Shown here in pieces: positions 29,901-40,284 of a DNA stretch of 64,000 nucleotides. The DNA lies in the IMG/VR virus record IMGVR_UViG_3300027759_000071, positions 18,227-82,226 of that record. One strand, written 5' to 3'. The translations under genes and the position numbers were made by a program. The stretch is from a virus. The stretch's first letter is position 1. The number at the start of each line of letters is the position of its first letter. The notes under the pieces were generated by a model. The model saw only the letters and a program-made list of their open reading frames with translations. It was not told the DNA's origin and ran no database searches.

Positions 29901-32900
29901 CGCATATTGGAGATGGTTCTCAATTAACTAATGTAAATGCATTATCGGCATATGTATTACAATCTGGCTCATTCACAGCATCATTTATACCAAATATCGG
30001 ATTAAAAGTTAATACAAATTTATTTGTTGAAAATGGTAGTGTAACCGCAAGTAATTTAAATTTAGTAAATAGTGCATATGTAGGAAATAATCTTTATGTA
30101 GAAAATAATATATACGCTAAACAAATATCTGTTCAATTTATATCATCATCGATAATTTATTCAACCGGTTCAAATATATTTGGAAACACCAATACCAATA
30201 TCCAACAATTTACTGGTTCTGTTAAAATACAAACGGAATTAATAGCAGGATTTGTAACAGCATCATCATATACTGGTTCATTTAGTGGGGCATTTAAAGG
30301 TGATGGTAGTGGATTAATAAATATCCCAGCAACAATACCAACATTAATAGCAACAGGCAGTGTATCTGCATCTGTATCATTACAAAATGGATTTGTAGTA
30401 AGAGCTTCTGAAAGTGGTTCTTTGTTTTATGGTAATGTTATTATTACTGGTTCTAAAACTGAATTAACTTCAAGTTTATTTGTAGAAGGACCTGCATTAT
30501 TTAAAAGTGGTATATCGGCATCTGTATTTAGTGGTAGTGGTGCGGGATTAACAAATTTACCAGAAACTACTAGATTGGGTAGTGGTAATGTAACAGCTTC
30601 AGTAAATTCTAATTTTGGATTTATTGTAATATCAACCGATAGTGGGTCTGTATTTACTGGTTCTATTTTAATAACCGGTAGTGTAACAATACCATCTGGG
30701 TCTGGATATTTTAGTGGTAGTGGTGAAGGATTGAGTAATATTCCATTCTCTGCTTTATCTGGGGATGCATTAAGATTAGCAAGTGGAAGTGTAACAGCTT
30801 CTATTTCTCCAAATAAAGGATTCGAAGTAAATACTTTTACAAAAATATCTGGAAGTTTAGTTGTATCATCATCGGGACATGTAGTAGATGTATCTGATAT
30901 TAATAAAGTATTTGCTGTAACTAATAACTCTTCTATGGAGTATTATTTTACCGGTGCAGTTAGTGGTTCAAATCCTACAATAACTTTAGTAAAAGGAGTA
31001 ACTTATACATTTAACGTAAACGCAAGTGGCCACCCATTTTACATAAAAGCTGCACCTGTAACTGGAACAGGTAGTACATATAATACGGGTGTATCTGGAA
31101 ATGGAACACAGGTAGGAACAATAACATTTACTGTACCAAATACCGCACCAGCAACTTTATATTATATTTGCCAATACCATTCAATGATGGTAGGTACAAT
31201 TAATATTGTTGATGAATTGGTAATACCAGCTACTATTGAATTAATTGGAGATGTGAATGTTACTGGAAGTGTAAGTATAACATTTGGTTCAACATTTAGT
31301 GGTAGTGGGGCAAACTTATTTGATATTCCATTCTCTGCATTTAGTGGAGATGCAATTCGTATAGCAAGTGGTTCTGCAACGGCATCAATATCTCCGATTA
31401 ATGGATTTTTGGTAAATACTAAAGCACAATTTGAAGGTAATGTGTCGGCATCAATGTTTACTGGTAGTGGTGCTGGATTATTTGATATTCCGTTCTCATC
31501 ATTTACCGGAGATGCATCTAGAATTTCTAGTGCTAGTGTAACGGCATCTGTTTCACCTACATTTGGATTTAAAGTGGAATCATTGAAAAGTGGTTCGCAA
31601 TTTACTGGTAGTATAAATGTAAGTGGAAGTATTTCAATATCATCTGGGTCTTTTTATTCTGGTAGTGGTAGATTTTTATTTGATATTCCAGAATCTGCAT
31701 TATCATTTTCTCCAAATAAAATAATAAGTGGTTCAGTAACAGCTTCTGTAAGTCCGGATTATGGATTTAGAATAGAATCAGTAGATTATGGTTCTGAATT
31801 TACTGGAAGTATTAGAGTATCTGGCTCTGTGAATATAGATAATTCATTGACTGTAACTAATTCGGTTATAGCAAACGAATTTAGTGGTTCATTTAGTGGT
31901 AGTGGTGCAAATTTATTTGATATTCCATTATCTGCGCTAGTACAAAATGTTTACCAAATAGCAACAGGTTCAGTAACCGCATCAGTAGACCCTAATATTG
32001 GATTTATTGTAAATTCAAACGCAACAATTACAGGTAGTTTAATTGTATCATCATCAACCACATTACAACAAGGTTTAAATGTATTGGGTAATGTAAATGT
32101 TGATACTCTTAATAGTGGTAGCTACGGAACTATTAATTTAAGTGGCTCTACAAATATAACTGGAGCATTGGATATTATAGGAGATGCTCATTTACATAAT
32201 GATTTATATGTTGATGGTAAAATTATAGCAAACCAAATAGTTACTAATTTAATTTCATCCTCAATAATTTATTCGTCTGGTTCTAATATATTTGGAAATG
32301 ATGTAACAAACTTCCAACAATTCACTGGTTCACTATATGTAAGTGGTGGAGTTGGTGGCGGGGTATTTTTAAATACTGGTTCAACATTTAGTGGTAGTGG
32401 TAGGGGGTTATTTGATATTCCTTTATCGGCATTAGCAGAAAATGTTTATCAGATGGCATCTGGTAGTGTAACTGCATCTGTATCTCCTAATAACGGATTT
32501 AAAGTTTATTCATTGGATGCTGGTTCTCAATTTACCGGTTCAGTTTATGTAACAGGTAGTGTATCGGCATCATTCTTTGTAGGAGATGGTTCACAATTAA
32601 CAAATGTTCTTGCAATAGTAGCTCCATTTATTGGTAGTGGTTCTGCAACTGGTTCGGTAACAAGCGGGGACCAATTTATAGTAACAACAGCAAAAACTGG
32701 TTCTCAACTTGGTTCTATATTTACTGGTTCAATAGAAGTTAGTGGAAGCATTAGAGCAACTGATTATCTTATTGGGGATGGTACATATATTACAAATGTA
32801 TTTGCACAATCATCTCCAAAAATTGAAAGTGGTAGTGTAACGGCTTCAGTAAGTCCTAATTTTGGATTTAGAGTACAAACTCCATTTACACAATCTCAAA

Positions 32901-35900
32901 TAGGTTCTCAATTTACTGGTTCAATTGAAGTTAGTGGAAGTATTAGAGCAACTCAATATTTATTTGGTGATGGTACGTTTATTACTAACGTACAAGCATC
33001 AGCAGCCCCTTTAATAGCAAGTGGTTCAGCAACAGCATCGGTATCAAGTGGTAATACATTTGTAGTAACAACTGGAGCAACTGGTTCAGCTATTGGTTCT
33101 AGATTTACCGGTTCTATTGATGTAAGTGGTAGTGTTAAGGCATTTACGTTTATAGGAGATGGTTCTCAATTAACCAATGTACAAGCATCATCTGCGCCAT
33201 TTATCGCTAGTGGTTCGGCAACAGCATCTGTACAAAGTGGTGATACATTTATAGTTATAACTGGTGCAACGTCTGGTTCGGCAGTAGGTTCTCAATTTAC
33301 TGGTTCGGTGGCAATTAGTGGTTCACTAAGCGCATCCTTATTTGTAGGAGATGGTGGTGGATTATTTAACATTCCAGCCGCAGCATTGCAAGATCTTGAA
33401 TTAAATAAAATTATTTCTGGTTCGGCTATAGCAATAATTTCACCTAATAATGGTTTGAATATTAATACAACAATATCAGCATCTCTTTATTTTGGAGATG
33501 GTGGTGGATTGTTTAACATCCCTGCAAATGCATTAACAGACCTTAAGTTAGATAAATTAGTTTCTGGTTCTGCAACAGCATCTATTTCACCTATTGATGG
33601 ATTTAGAACAAATATATTTGCAGCAATTACCGGTGGTATTTATGTAACTGGTGGGAATTTTGTAGCAGCATCCGGTTCTACATATGTAGGAGATGGAAGT
33701 GGATTGACAAATATTAATATTGCAAACTTAGCATTTGAAACATCAATATTAAAATCAGGATCATTTACAGCATCTGTTTCTCCTAATAATGGATTTGTTA
33801 CAAACGCATCTGCAAGTATTTACGGTAACTTATATGTTGATAAAGGAATTACTAGTTCATTTATATATTCTCCATATTTTACTGGTTCATTCAATGGCAC
33901 ATATACATTTAGAGGAACTGGGCCAACCGCATCTGCTGAATATGATATTTTAAGATATGATGAAGCTAGGGGATATTATATTCCTCAACCTGAATATTCA
34001 AATGTGGAAACTGTTGGATTTAGTAATGTAAACATTTTAACAATTGTTCACAACTTAGGAGTTTTATATCCGGTTGTTCAGGTTTATCAAACTGGTTCAC
34101 AACAACAAATTCTACCAGCAACTATTGAATCAATTGACTTAAACACTATAAAAATTACATTTAGTGGAACTGAAAGTGGACAAGTAGTAATTGGTAGTGG
34201 GGGTAGTGTAATTAGTGGTACAATACAAGGTAATAGAGTAGTAGGAACTGTTAATTCCGCATCTTACGCAGTATATGCTGAAAATGCAGGAACGGCATCT
34301 ACTTTACTTGGTTTAACAAATGAAAATGTACAACAATTATTGTCAGCATCATTACAGCCTGGCAATTACGTTTTATCATCTCAAACTGCATCGATGAGAG
34401 TATTAAGCTCATCTTACGCAGCAACTGCATCTTACGCATTAAATGCAAATATTGATACAACATTATTTGTATTAAATTCACAAACAGCTTCAATGTTTGT
34501 AGGTACAGCATCTTTAGCATACCAAGCGATATCAGCATCATTCTCTGCCAATGGCGGTGGCGGTGGTGGTTTTGTTGATACGGCTAGTTTTGTATTAAAT
34601 TCACAAACAGCTTCAATGCGTGTATTAAGTGCATCATATGCTATAACAGCATCTTACGCAGCTTACGCAGCAAATGCTTCAAACGTAGACACAACAGCAT
34701 TTATTAATAAGTACTTAGATAGTACTATGTTCGCAAACTTTGTTGTAACAGGAAGTTTTGGTGCTAGTGGTAGTGTTTATGTAAATAATTTATATACATC
34801 CTCTTTATCATCTTATGTATTAACTTGGAATACAACAACTCATCAATTAGAAGCTAGAGACGTAGCTGGAGCAAGTGGTACATCCGGAACATCTGGCACA
34901 TCGGGAACATCTGGGTCATCTGGTACATCTGGTTCATCTGGAAGTAGTGGTACTGATGGTTCTGGTGGTACATCTGGTACTAGTGGTACATCTGGTAGTG
35001 ATGGTACATCTGGAAGTAGTGGTACGGATGGCTCAGCTGGTACATCGGGAACATCTGGTACATCTGGAACATCGGGTTCGTCTGGTTCAAGCGGTTCATC
35101 TGGTAGTGATGGTTCATCTGGTTCAAGCGGAAGTAGTGGAACATCAGGAACATCTGGTACATCTGGGTCATCTGGTACATCTGGTTCATCTGGAAGTAGT
35201 GGTAGTAGTGGAACAAGTGGTTCATCTGGAAGTAGTGGTTCTGCTGGTACATCGGGAACATCTGGTTCTACGGGTTCGGCTGGAAGTAGTGGTACATCAG
35301 GAACATCTGGTACATCTGGAAGTAGCGGTTCATCTGGAACATCTGGAACATCTGGCACAAGCGGCTCATCGGGAACATCTGGTACAAGTGGTACATCGGG
35401 AACATCTGGTACAAGCGGAAGTAGTGGTTCATCGGGATATGATGGTTCATCCGGTAGTAGTGGTTCATCTGGTTCATCTGGAAGTAGTGGAACATCCGGT
35501 ACATCTGGTACATCGGGAACATCTGGTACATCTGGAAGTAGTGGTGAATCTGGAACGGATGGTTCGGCTGGTTCATCTGGTACAAGTGGTGAATCAGGAA
35601 CATCTGGTACATCTGGAAGTAGTGGTACATCTGGAAGTAGTGGTACATCTGGAAGTAGTGGTTCATCGGGAACAACTGGTTCAGCTGGTACATCTGGCTC
35701 ATCTGGAACATCTGGAACAAGCGGTTCATCTGGAAGTAGTGGTTCATCGGGAACATCTGGAACATCTGGAACATCTGGTTCAACAGGTTCGGCTGGTTCA
35801 TCTGGGTCATCTGGAACATCTGGAAGTAGTGGAACGCGTGGTACATCTGGAAGTAGTGGTACATCAGGTTCAACTGGTTCGGCTGGTACATCTGGTACAA

Positions 35901-38900
35901 GTGGTTCATCTGGTTCGGCTGGCTCATCGGGAACATCTGGAAGTAGTGGTACATCAGGAACATCTGGTAGTAGTGGTTCGTCTGGTTCTACTGGTAGTGA
36001 TGGTACATCTGGAAGTAGTGGTTCATCTGGTTTAGACGGAACATCTGGTACAAGCGGAAGTAGTGGTAGTAGTGGAACATCAGGTACATCAGGTAAAAGT
36101 GGTACGGATGGCACATCTGGTTCGTCTGGGTCATCTGGTTCGTCTGGTTCGTCTGGATTAAGTGGAACATCTGGTACATCAGGTAAAAGTGGTACGGATG
36201 GTACAAGCGGCTCATCTGGAACATCTGGTAAAGCTGGTTCATCGGGAACATCTGGTAGTAGTGGTTCATCTGGTACATCAGGTAAAAGTGGTTCATCGGG
36301 AACATCTGGTTCGTCTGGATTAAGTGGTACTGATGGTACATCTGGAAGTAGTGGTTCATCTGGAAGTAGTGGCAGTAGTGGTACTGACGGTTCGGCTGGA
36401 ACATCTGGCTCAAGTGGTACTGATGGTTCAGCTGGTACAAGTGGTTCATCTGGTACAAGCGGTTCATCTGGTTCAGCTGGAAGTAGTGGTAGCAGTGGTA
36501 CTGATGGTTCTGCAGGAACAAGCGCTACAAGCGGTTCATCTGGTTCATCTGGAAGTAGTGGTAGTGATGGTACATCTGGCACAAGTGGTTCATCTGGAAG
36601 TAGTGGTACTGATGGTTCAGCTGGAACATCTGGAAGTAGTGGAGAAAATGGAACATCAGGAACATCTGGCACAAGCGGTACATCTGGTACATCAGGAACA
36701 TCTGGAGAAAGTGGTACTGATGGTTCATCTGGAAGTAGTGGTATTTCTTGTTTAACATATCTTTTATCTAATGAGGATCCTGATAATCCTGCAGTGTTCG
36801 ATTGGACACGATGTGATTTTACATCAGGAGACCAAATAACAATAAACCCTGGTGACCCGAATGTAGAAATTTGTGCAATTGGAGAATCTGTTGTATTAGC
36901 AAATCCACCATACGGAACAATAAATTTAGTAGGTGCATGTCATGGTACATCTGGTGTTGATGGTTTACCTGGATATACTCCTGAATTTGGAGTAGATTAC
37001 TTTAATGGTACGGATGGTTCATCTGGTTCATCTGGTTTAAATGGATTAGCTGGTACATCTGGTACATCTGGTACATCGGGCAGTAGTGGAAGTAGTGGTT
37101 CATCGGGAACATCTGGTACAAGAGGTACAAGCGGCTCATCTGGTACGAGTGGTTCATCAGGATTAAGTGGAACATCTGGAAGTAGTGGTACATCTGGCAC
37201 ATCAGGTATATCTGGTTCAGCTGGTACATCTGGAACATCTGGAAGTAGTGGTGAAAATGGTTCATCGGGAACATCTGGTAGTAGTGGTTCATCTGGTACA
37301 TCAGGAATAAGTGGTACAGCTGGAAGTAGTGGTACATCTGGTAGTGGTGGTAAAGATGGTACATCTGGAAGTAGTGGAGCAGACGGTACATCTGGAACAT
37401 CTGGTACATCTGGTTCTTCTGGATATTCTGGAACGGATGGTTCAGCTGGTACATCTGGTACATCTGGAAGTAGTGGAATAAGTGGTTCATCAGGAACATC
37501 AGGAACATCCGGAACAAGTGGAAGTAGTGGTTCATCGGGAACATCTGGTATTAGTGGAGCTGGTTCAACATCTGGAACTTCGGGAACATCTGGAACATCG
37601 GGACAAAGTGGTTCGTCTGGAACAAGCGGTACATCTGGAGAAAGTGGTTCGGCTGGTACAAGCGGAACATCTGGTGTAAGTGGTAAAGACGGTAAAGATG
37701 GTACATTTGTTGGAAGTAGTGGTTCGTCTGGAACATCAGGAACATCTGGTTCGTCTGGTACAAGCGGAACATCTGGGTCATCTGGTTCATCGGGAACATC
37801 TGGTATTAGTGGAGCAAGTACAACATCAGGAACATCTGGTTCATCTGGTACATCCGGGCAAAGTGGTACATCTGGTTCATCAGGAACATCTGGCACAAGC
37901 GGCATTAGCGGTACGGATGGTACTTACTTTGGTACAAGCGGAACATCAGGAACATCTGGTACATCTGGTTCATCTGGTGAAAGTGGCTCTGCTGGTACAT
38001 CTGGAACTTCGGGAACATCTGGAGCAAGTGGTAAAGATGGTACTTATTTTGGTTCAGCTGGTACAAGCGGTACAAGCGGTACAAGCGGTACATCTGGAGA
38101 AAGTGGTACATCTGGCATATCCGGCTCATCAGGAACATCTGGTGTAAGTGGTACGGATGGTACATTCTTTGGTACATCCGGAACTTCGGGAGTAAGCGGT
38201 TCATCTGGAACATCTGGTATTAGTGGAGTAGCATCAACATCTGGTTCATCAGGAACATCTGGTACATCTGGAGCAAGTGGTAAAGATGGAACATTCTTTG
38301 GCTCATCAGGAACGTCTGGAGTTAGTGGTTCGGCTGGTACATCTGGTACATCTGGTATTAGTGGAGCTGGTGCAACGTCTGGTTCATCTGGTACATCTGG
38401 AAGTAGTGGTAAAGACGGAACTTACTTTGGAAGTAGTGGTACATCTGGAGTTAGCGGTTCATCTGGTACATCGGGTCTTAGTGGAGCTGGTGCAACATCT
38501 GGGACATCGGGAACATCCGGTGTAAGTGGTAAAGACGGTACTTATTTTGGAAGTAGTGGAACATCTGGAGTTAGCGGAACATCTGGTACATCAGGTCTTA
38601 GTGGTGTAACCGCAACCGCCGGTACATCTGGAACATCTGGGTCATCTGGTACATCTGGTATTAGTGGTTTAAATGGTACATATTTTGGAAGTAGTGGAAC
38701 ATCGGGCACATCGGGTCTTAGTGGTGCAACGGCAACAGCAGGTTCATCCGGCACATCTGGGTCATCTGGTACAAGCGGTATTAGTGGAACTGATGGTACT
38801 TATTTTGGTACAAGCGGAACATCAGGAGTAAGTGGAACATCTGGTACATCATTCTATGGTGTAACATCTGGAACGTCTGGAGTATCTGGAACATCTGGTA

Positions 38901-39412
38901 CATCCTTTTACGGAGTAACATCTGGTACGCGTGGTTCTGCTGGTACATCTGGAACTTCTGGGTTTTTAACTTTAACCGGTACAACTGATAATGGTATATT
39001 AACATTAAATGGTGCACAACCAAATGCAAGTGTTGAAGCTAATTTAACATTTGATGGTAGCTTGTTGACAGTAGCTGGAGCAGTATCACCAACAACATAT
39101 AGAGAAACATATTCTGATTTAGGAACTGGTGGAGCAACATTCTCAATCGATTTAAGTACAGCAAACAATTTTAAGAAAACTGTAAACGCAAATGGAACGG
39201 TTACAATAACAAATCCACCAGCTGGAAAAGCATTTGGATTTACACTAGCATTAACAAATGGTGGTGGATATACAATAGCTTGGACTAGTGTTAAATGGGC
39301 TGGTGGAGCACAACCAACTCTAACAACATCTGGTACGGATATTATTGTAATATATACTTATGATGGAGGCAGTACCTATTATGGTTTCTTAGCCGGAAAA
39401 AATATGATATAA
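26918..39412 (+). CDS. Giant (4164 aa) fibre protein: IASGSVTAS/GSQFTGS repeats, cupredoxin domain, ~1300-aa Gly-X-Ser tract, C-terminal globular domain
   Basis: Dozens of RIASGS.TAS.SP..GF.V...FTGS..VSGS...F.G.GS.L.N units; HPF...YYICQYHSMM; G-X-S tract from 34870 to 38960. Confidence 0.75.
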   Translation: MAISNLLTGRVRVVSPKNVTSDRYQFLDLSQAEPNFGVPSFSASLYDNPAILVSDSDGNRGFVQLPSSTKLVTGSITASVTPEYGFQVVSVDSGSQFTGSVFVSGSVTANYFIGDGSQLTNVASTVAPRIASGSATASISPDLGLQINVDTTILGNLYVSQSIIADQLIVNLISSSVIFSSGSNIFGNTNTNIQQFTGSVQIQTELIAGYVTASSFSGSFTGDGSNLFNVPAATSPRIVSGSATASISPNEGLLVNTGVTIADYLIVTGSATFYSAVSASVFSGSGESLFNLPDSKRIASGSVTASVSPDSGFIVESLIKGSQFTGSINVSGSVLVQSGSYLVGDGRYLSNISFANLSIDSTRIFSGSATASISPSEGFKVNVNSSISGSLNVSQSIIASQFSGSFSGSFQGDGSRLINLPIATKIASGSVTASVDPNNGFVVTSVANGSTFSGSVFLSSGSYFSGSGKYIFDIPFANLTGDTIRISNGNVTASVSPDYGFKVESLVSGSQFTGSISVSGSISVSGSVTASFFVGDGSKLFNIPALTAVLIASGSVTASVAPDKGFIVTSTASGSKFTGSINVSGSVTAFNFYGSASQAENANLFDGRESSTFATTGSNLFTGSQFITGSLTANFFIGDGSGLTGVRADVTPRIASGSVTASISPDTGLLVNTTVSASSFSGSGDGLFNIPLSAFSSEVSRIATGSITASVNPDYGFRVESISSGSQFTGSLFVSGNIQVSSGSFFSGSGEGLFNIPFASISGEISKISSGSATASISPDKGFEINVNTRITGSLLVVSSSNFLSSVSASIFSGSGESLFNIPLAALATEALRIANGDVTASVSNDGFVVKTPFSGSQIGSRFTGSLSISGSVFLSSGSFYSGSGEGLFNIPFSALSTEVFRIASGSVTASASPNFGFVVTSAASGSQFSGSVSISGSLSAYGNGFISGTLLVTSASNFFDSTLIITRQYSQFSGSVYGSIFSGSNFFGQSFSGSHIGDGSQLTNVNALSAYVLQSGSFTASFIPNIGLKVNTNLFVENGSVTASNLNLVNSAYVGNNLYVENNIYAKQISVQFISSSIIYSTGSNIFGNTNTNIQQFTGSVKIQTELIAGFVTASSYTGSFSGAFKGDGSGLINIPATIPTLIATGSVSASVSLQNGFVVRASESGSLFYGNVIITGSKTELTSSLFVEGPALFKSGISASVFSGSGAGLTNLPETTRLGSGNVTASVNSNFGFIVISTDSGSVFTGSILITGSVTIPSGSGYFSGSGEGLSNIPFSALSGDALRLASGSVTASISPNKGFEVNTFTKISGSLVVSSSGHVVDVSDINKVFAVTNNSSMEYYFTGAVSGSNPTITLVKGVTYTFNVNASGHPFYIKAAPVTGTGSTYNTGVSGNGTQVGTITFTVPNTAPATLYYICQYHSMMVGTINIVDELVIPATIELIGDVNVTGSVSITFGSTFSGSGANLFDIPFSAFSGDAIRIASGSATASISPINGFLVNTKAQFEGNVSASMFTGSGAGLFDIPFSSFTGDASRISSASVTASVSPTFGFKVESLKSGSQFTGSINVSGSISISSGSFYSGSGRFLFDIPESALSFSPNKIISGSVTASVSPDYGFRIESVDYGSEFTGSIRVSGSVNIDNSLTVTNSVIANEFSGSFSGSGANLFDIPLSALVQNVYQIATGSVTASVDPNIGFIVNSNATITGSLIVSSSTTLQQGLNVLGNVNVDTLNSGSYGTINLSGSTNITGALDIIGDAHLHNDLYVDGKIIANQIVTNLISSSIIYSSGSNIFGNDVTNFQQFTGSLYVSGGVGGGVFLNTGSTFSGSGRGLFDIPLSALAENVYQMASGSVTASVSPNNGFKVYSLDAGSQFTGSVYVTGSVSASFFVGDGSQLTNVLAIVAPFIGSGSATGSVTSGDQFIVTTAKTGSQLGSIFTGSIEVSGSIRATDYLIGDGTYITNVFAQSSPKIESGSVTASVSPNFGFRVQTPFTQSQIGSQFTGSIEVSGSIRATQYLFGDGTFITNVQASAAPLIASGSATASVSSGNTFVVTTGATGSAIGSRFTGSIDVSGSVKAFTFIGDGSQLTNVQASSAPFIASGSATASVQSGDTFIVITGATSGSAVGSQFTGSVAISGSLSASLFVGDGGGLFNIPAAALQDLELNKIISGSAIAIISPNNGLNINTTISASLYFGDGGGLFNIPANALTDLKLDKLVSGSATASISPIDGFRTNIFAAITGGIYVTGGNFVAASGSTYVGDGSGLTNINIANLAFETSILKSGSFTASVSPNNGFVTNASASIYGNLYVDKGITSSFIYSPYFTGSFNGTYTFRGTGPTASAEYDILRYDEARGYYIPQPEYSNVETVGFSNVNILTIVHNLGVLYPVVQVYQTGSQQQILPATIESIDLNTIKITFSGTESGQVVIGSGGSVISGTIQGNRVVGTVNSASYAVYAENAGTASTLLGLTNENVQQLLSASLQPGNYVLSSQTASMRVLSSSYAATASYALNANIDTTLFVLNSQTASMFVGTASLAYQAISASFSANGGGGGGFVDTASFVLNSQTASMRVLSASYAITASYAAYAANASNVDTTAFINKYLDSTMFANFVVTGSFGASGSVYVNNLYTSSLSSYVLTWNTTTHQLEARDVAGASGTSGTSGTSGTSGSSGTSGSSGSSGTDGSGGTSGTSGTSGSDGTSGSSGTDGSAGTSGTSGTSGTSGSSGSSGSSGSDGSSGSSGSSGTSGTSGTSGSSGTSGSSGSSGSSGTSGSSGSSGSAGTSGTSGSTGSAGSSGTSGTSGTSGSSGSSGTSGTSGTSGSSGTSGTSGTSGTSGTSGSSGSSGYDGSSGSSGSSGSSGSSGTSGTSGTSGTSGTSGSSGESGTDGSAGSSGTSGESGTSGTSGSSGTSGSSGTSGSSGSSGTTGSAGTSGSSGTSGTSGSSGSSGSSGTSGTSGTSGSTGSAGSSGSSGTSGSSGTRGTSGSSGTSGSTGSAGTSGTSGSSGSAGSSGTSGSSGTSGTSGSSGSSGSTGSDGTSGSSGSSGLDGTSGTSGSSGSSGTSGTSGKSGTDGTSGSSGSSGSSGSSGLSGTSGTSGKSGTDGTSGSSGTSGKAGSSGTSGSSGSSGTSGKSGSSGTSGSSGLSGTDGTSGSSGSSGSSGSSGTDGSAGTSGSSGTDGSAGTSGSSGTSGSSGSAGSSGSSGTDGSAGTSATSGSSGSSGSSGSDGTSGTSGSSGSSGTDGSAGTSGSSGENGTSGTSGTSGTSGTSGTSGESGTDGSSGSSGISCLTYLLSNEDPDNPAVFDWTRCDFTSGDQITINPGDPNVEICAIGESVVLANPPYGTINLVGACHGTSGVDGLPGYTPEFGVDYFNGTDGSSGSSGLNGLAGTSGTSGTSGSSGSSGSSGTSGTRGTSGSSGTSGSSGLSGTSGSSGTSGTSGISGSAGTSGTSGSSGENGSSGTSGSSGSSGTSGISGTAGSSGTSGSGGKDGTSGSSGADGTSGTSGTSGSSGYSGTDGSAGTSGTSGSSGISGSSGTSGTSGTSGSSGSSGTSGISGAGSTSGTSGTSGTSGQSGSSGTSGTSGESGSAGTSGTSGVSGKDGKDGTFVGSSGSSGTSGTSGSSGTSGTSGSSGSSGTSGISGASTTSGTSGSSGTSGQSGTSGSSGTSGTSGISGTDGTYFGTSGTSGTSGTSGSSGESGSAGTSGTSGTSGASGKDGTYFGSAGTSGTSGTSGTSGESGTSGISGSSGTSGVSGTDGTFFGTSGTSGVSGSSGTSGISGVASTSGSSGTSGTSGASGKDGTFFGSSGTSGVSGSAGTSGTSGISGAGATSGSSGTSGSSGKDGTYFGSSGTSGVSGSSGTSGLSGAGATSGTSGTSGVSGKDGTYFGSSGTSGVSGTSGTSGLSGVTATAGTSGTSGSSGTSGISGLNGTYFGSSGTSGTSGLSGATATAGSSGTSGSSGTSGISGTDGTYFGTSGTSGVSGTSGTSFYGVTSGTSGVSGTSGTSFYGVTSGTRGSAGTSGTSGFLTLTGTTDNGILTLNGAQPNASVEANLTFDGSLLTVAGAVSPTTYRETYSDLGTGGATFSIDLSTANNFKKTVNANGTVTITNPPAGKAFGFTLALTNGGGYTIAWTSVKWAGGAQPTLTTSGTDIIVIYTYDGGSTYYGFLAGKNMI
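34870..38960 (+). repeat. Gly-X-Ser triplet tract (9-nt period, e.g. ggtacatct, ggaagtagt), interrupted at ~36740-37000
   Basis: Read directly from the DNA and translation. Comparable tracts lie at ~175-1145, ~1515-2730 and ~42500-44335. Confidence 0.95.
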
Positions 39413-39418
39413 TAAGTT

Positions 39419-40282
39419 ATGGGAATAGCAAGAAGATTAATACCTAGCGGAATGGCAGAACCTTTCAAATTTACAATAGCAGTTGGTGCTGGTGGTTTAT
39501 TTACTTTACCATTGAATGATTATAATGGATTAACTCCAAACTTTAGTGTAAGTTGGGGCGATGCTACGTCAAATAGTATAACAGCATATAATGATACTAA
39601 TAGAGCACACACATATACATCAGCTGGTACATATCAAATAGAAATAACTGGATTCATGCCATCATTTGCAGTTGATAATAAAGCAGCAATAAAAAGTTTG
39701 ATTACATCTGTTGATGCATGGGGGACTGTTGGTTTAAGAGTTATCAATTTTTATGGTTGTAATAATATTAGTACTCTACCAACTGATTATATTGGATTAG
39801 CTGATGTTGAGATATTTTCAAATTTTATGCGTTCAACTGCTATAACAACAATTCCTTCAACAATATTTTCAAATTCAACACAAGCATTATCTTTTACGGA
39901 TATTTTTTCATTTACAGCCATAACAAGTATACCATCTGGGTTGTTTACTAATAATGTTAATGCTACTGATTTTGGTGCTGCATTTAGTACATGTCTTTCT
40001 TTAGCAACATACCCATCTAATTTATTTGATACTAATATAAATGTATCTGGTTTTGCTGGTACATTTAAATTATGCAAATTATTAACATCACCATTACAAT
40101 TTACATATAATACTGCTGTAACTGATTTTTCTAATTTATATTTTCAAAACACAACAACAAATAGTATGTCTGGTACGGCACCATCACTTTGGACTAGAGT
40201 TCCTCAACCATATGGAGTGGGTGCATTTAAAAATTGTACTGGTTTATCAAATTTCGCATCAATACCTTCAAATTTTAAATAA
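39419..40282 (+). CDS. PKD-like domain + BspA/DUF285-type leucine-rich repeat protein (candidate receptor-binding protein)
   Basis: VSWGD...HTYTSAGTYQI is PKD-like; IPS.LF.NN...T.F...F..C..L repeats. Confidence 0.65.
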   Translation: MGIARRLIPSGMAEPFKFTIAVGAGGLFTLPLNDYNGLTPNFSVSWGDATSNSITAYNDTNRAHTYTSAGTYQIEITGFMPSFAVDNKAAIKSLITSVDAWGTVGLRVINFYGCNNISTLPTDYIGLADVEIFSNFMRSTAITTIPSTIFSNSTQALSFTDIFSFTAITSIPSGLFTNNVNATDFGAAFSTCLSLATYPSNLFDTNINVSGFAGTFKLCKLLTSPLQFTYNTAVTDFSNLYFQNTTTNSMSGTAPSLWTRVPQPYGVGAFKNCTGLSNFASIPSNFK

Positions 40283-40284
40283 TT

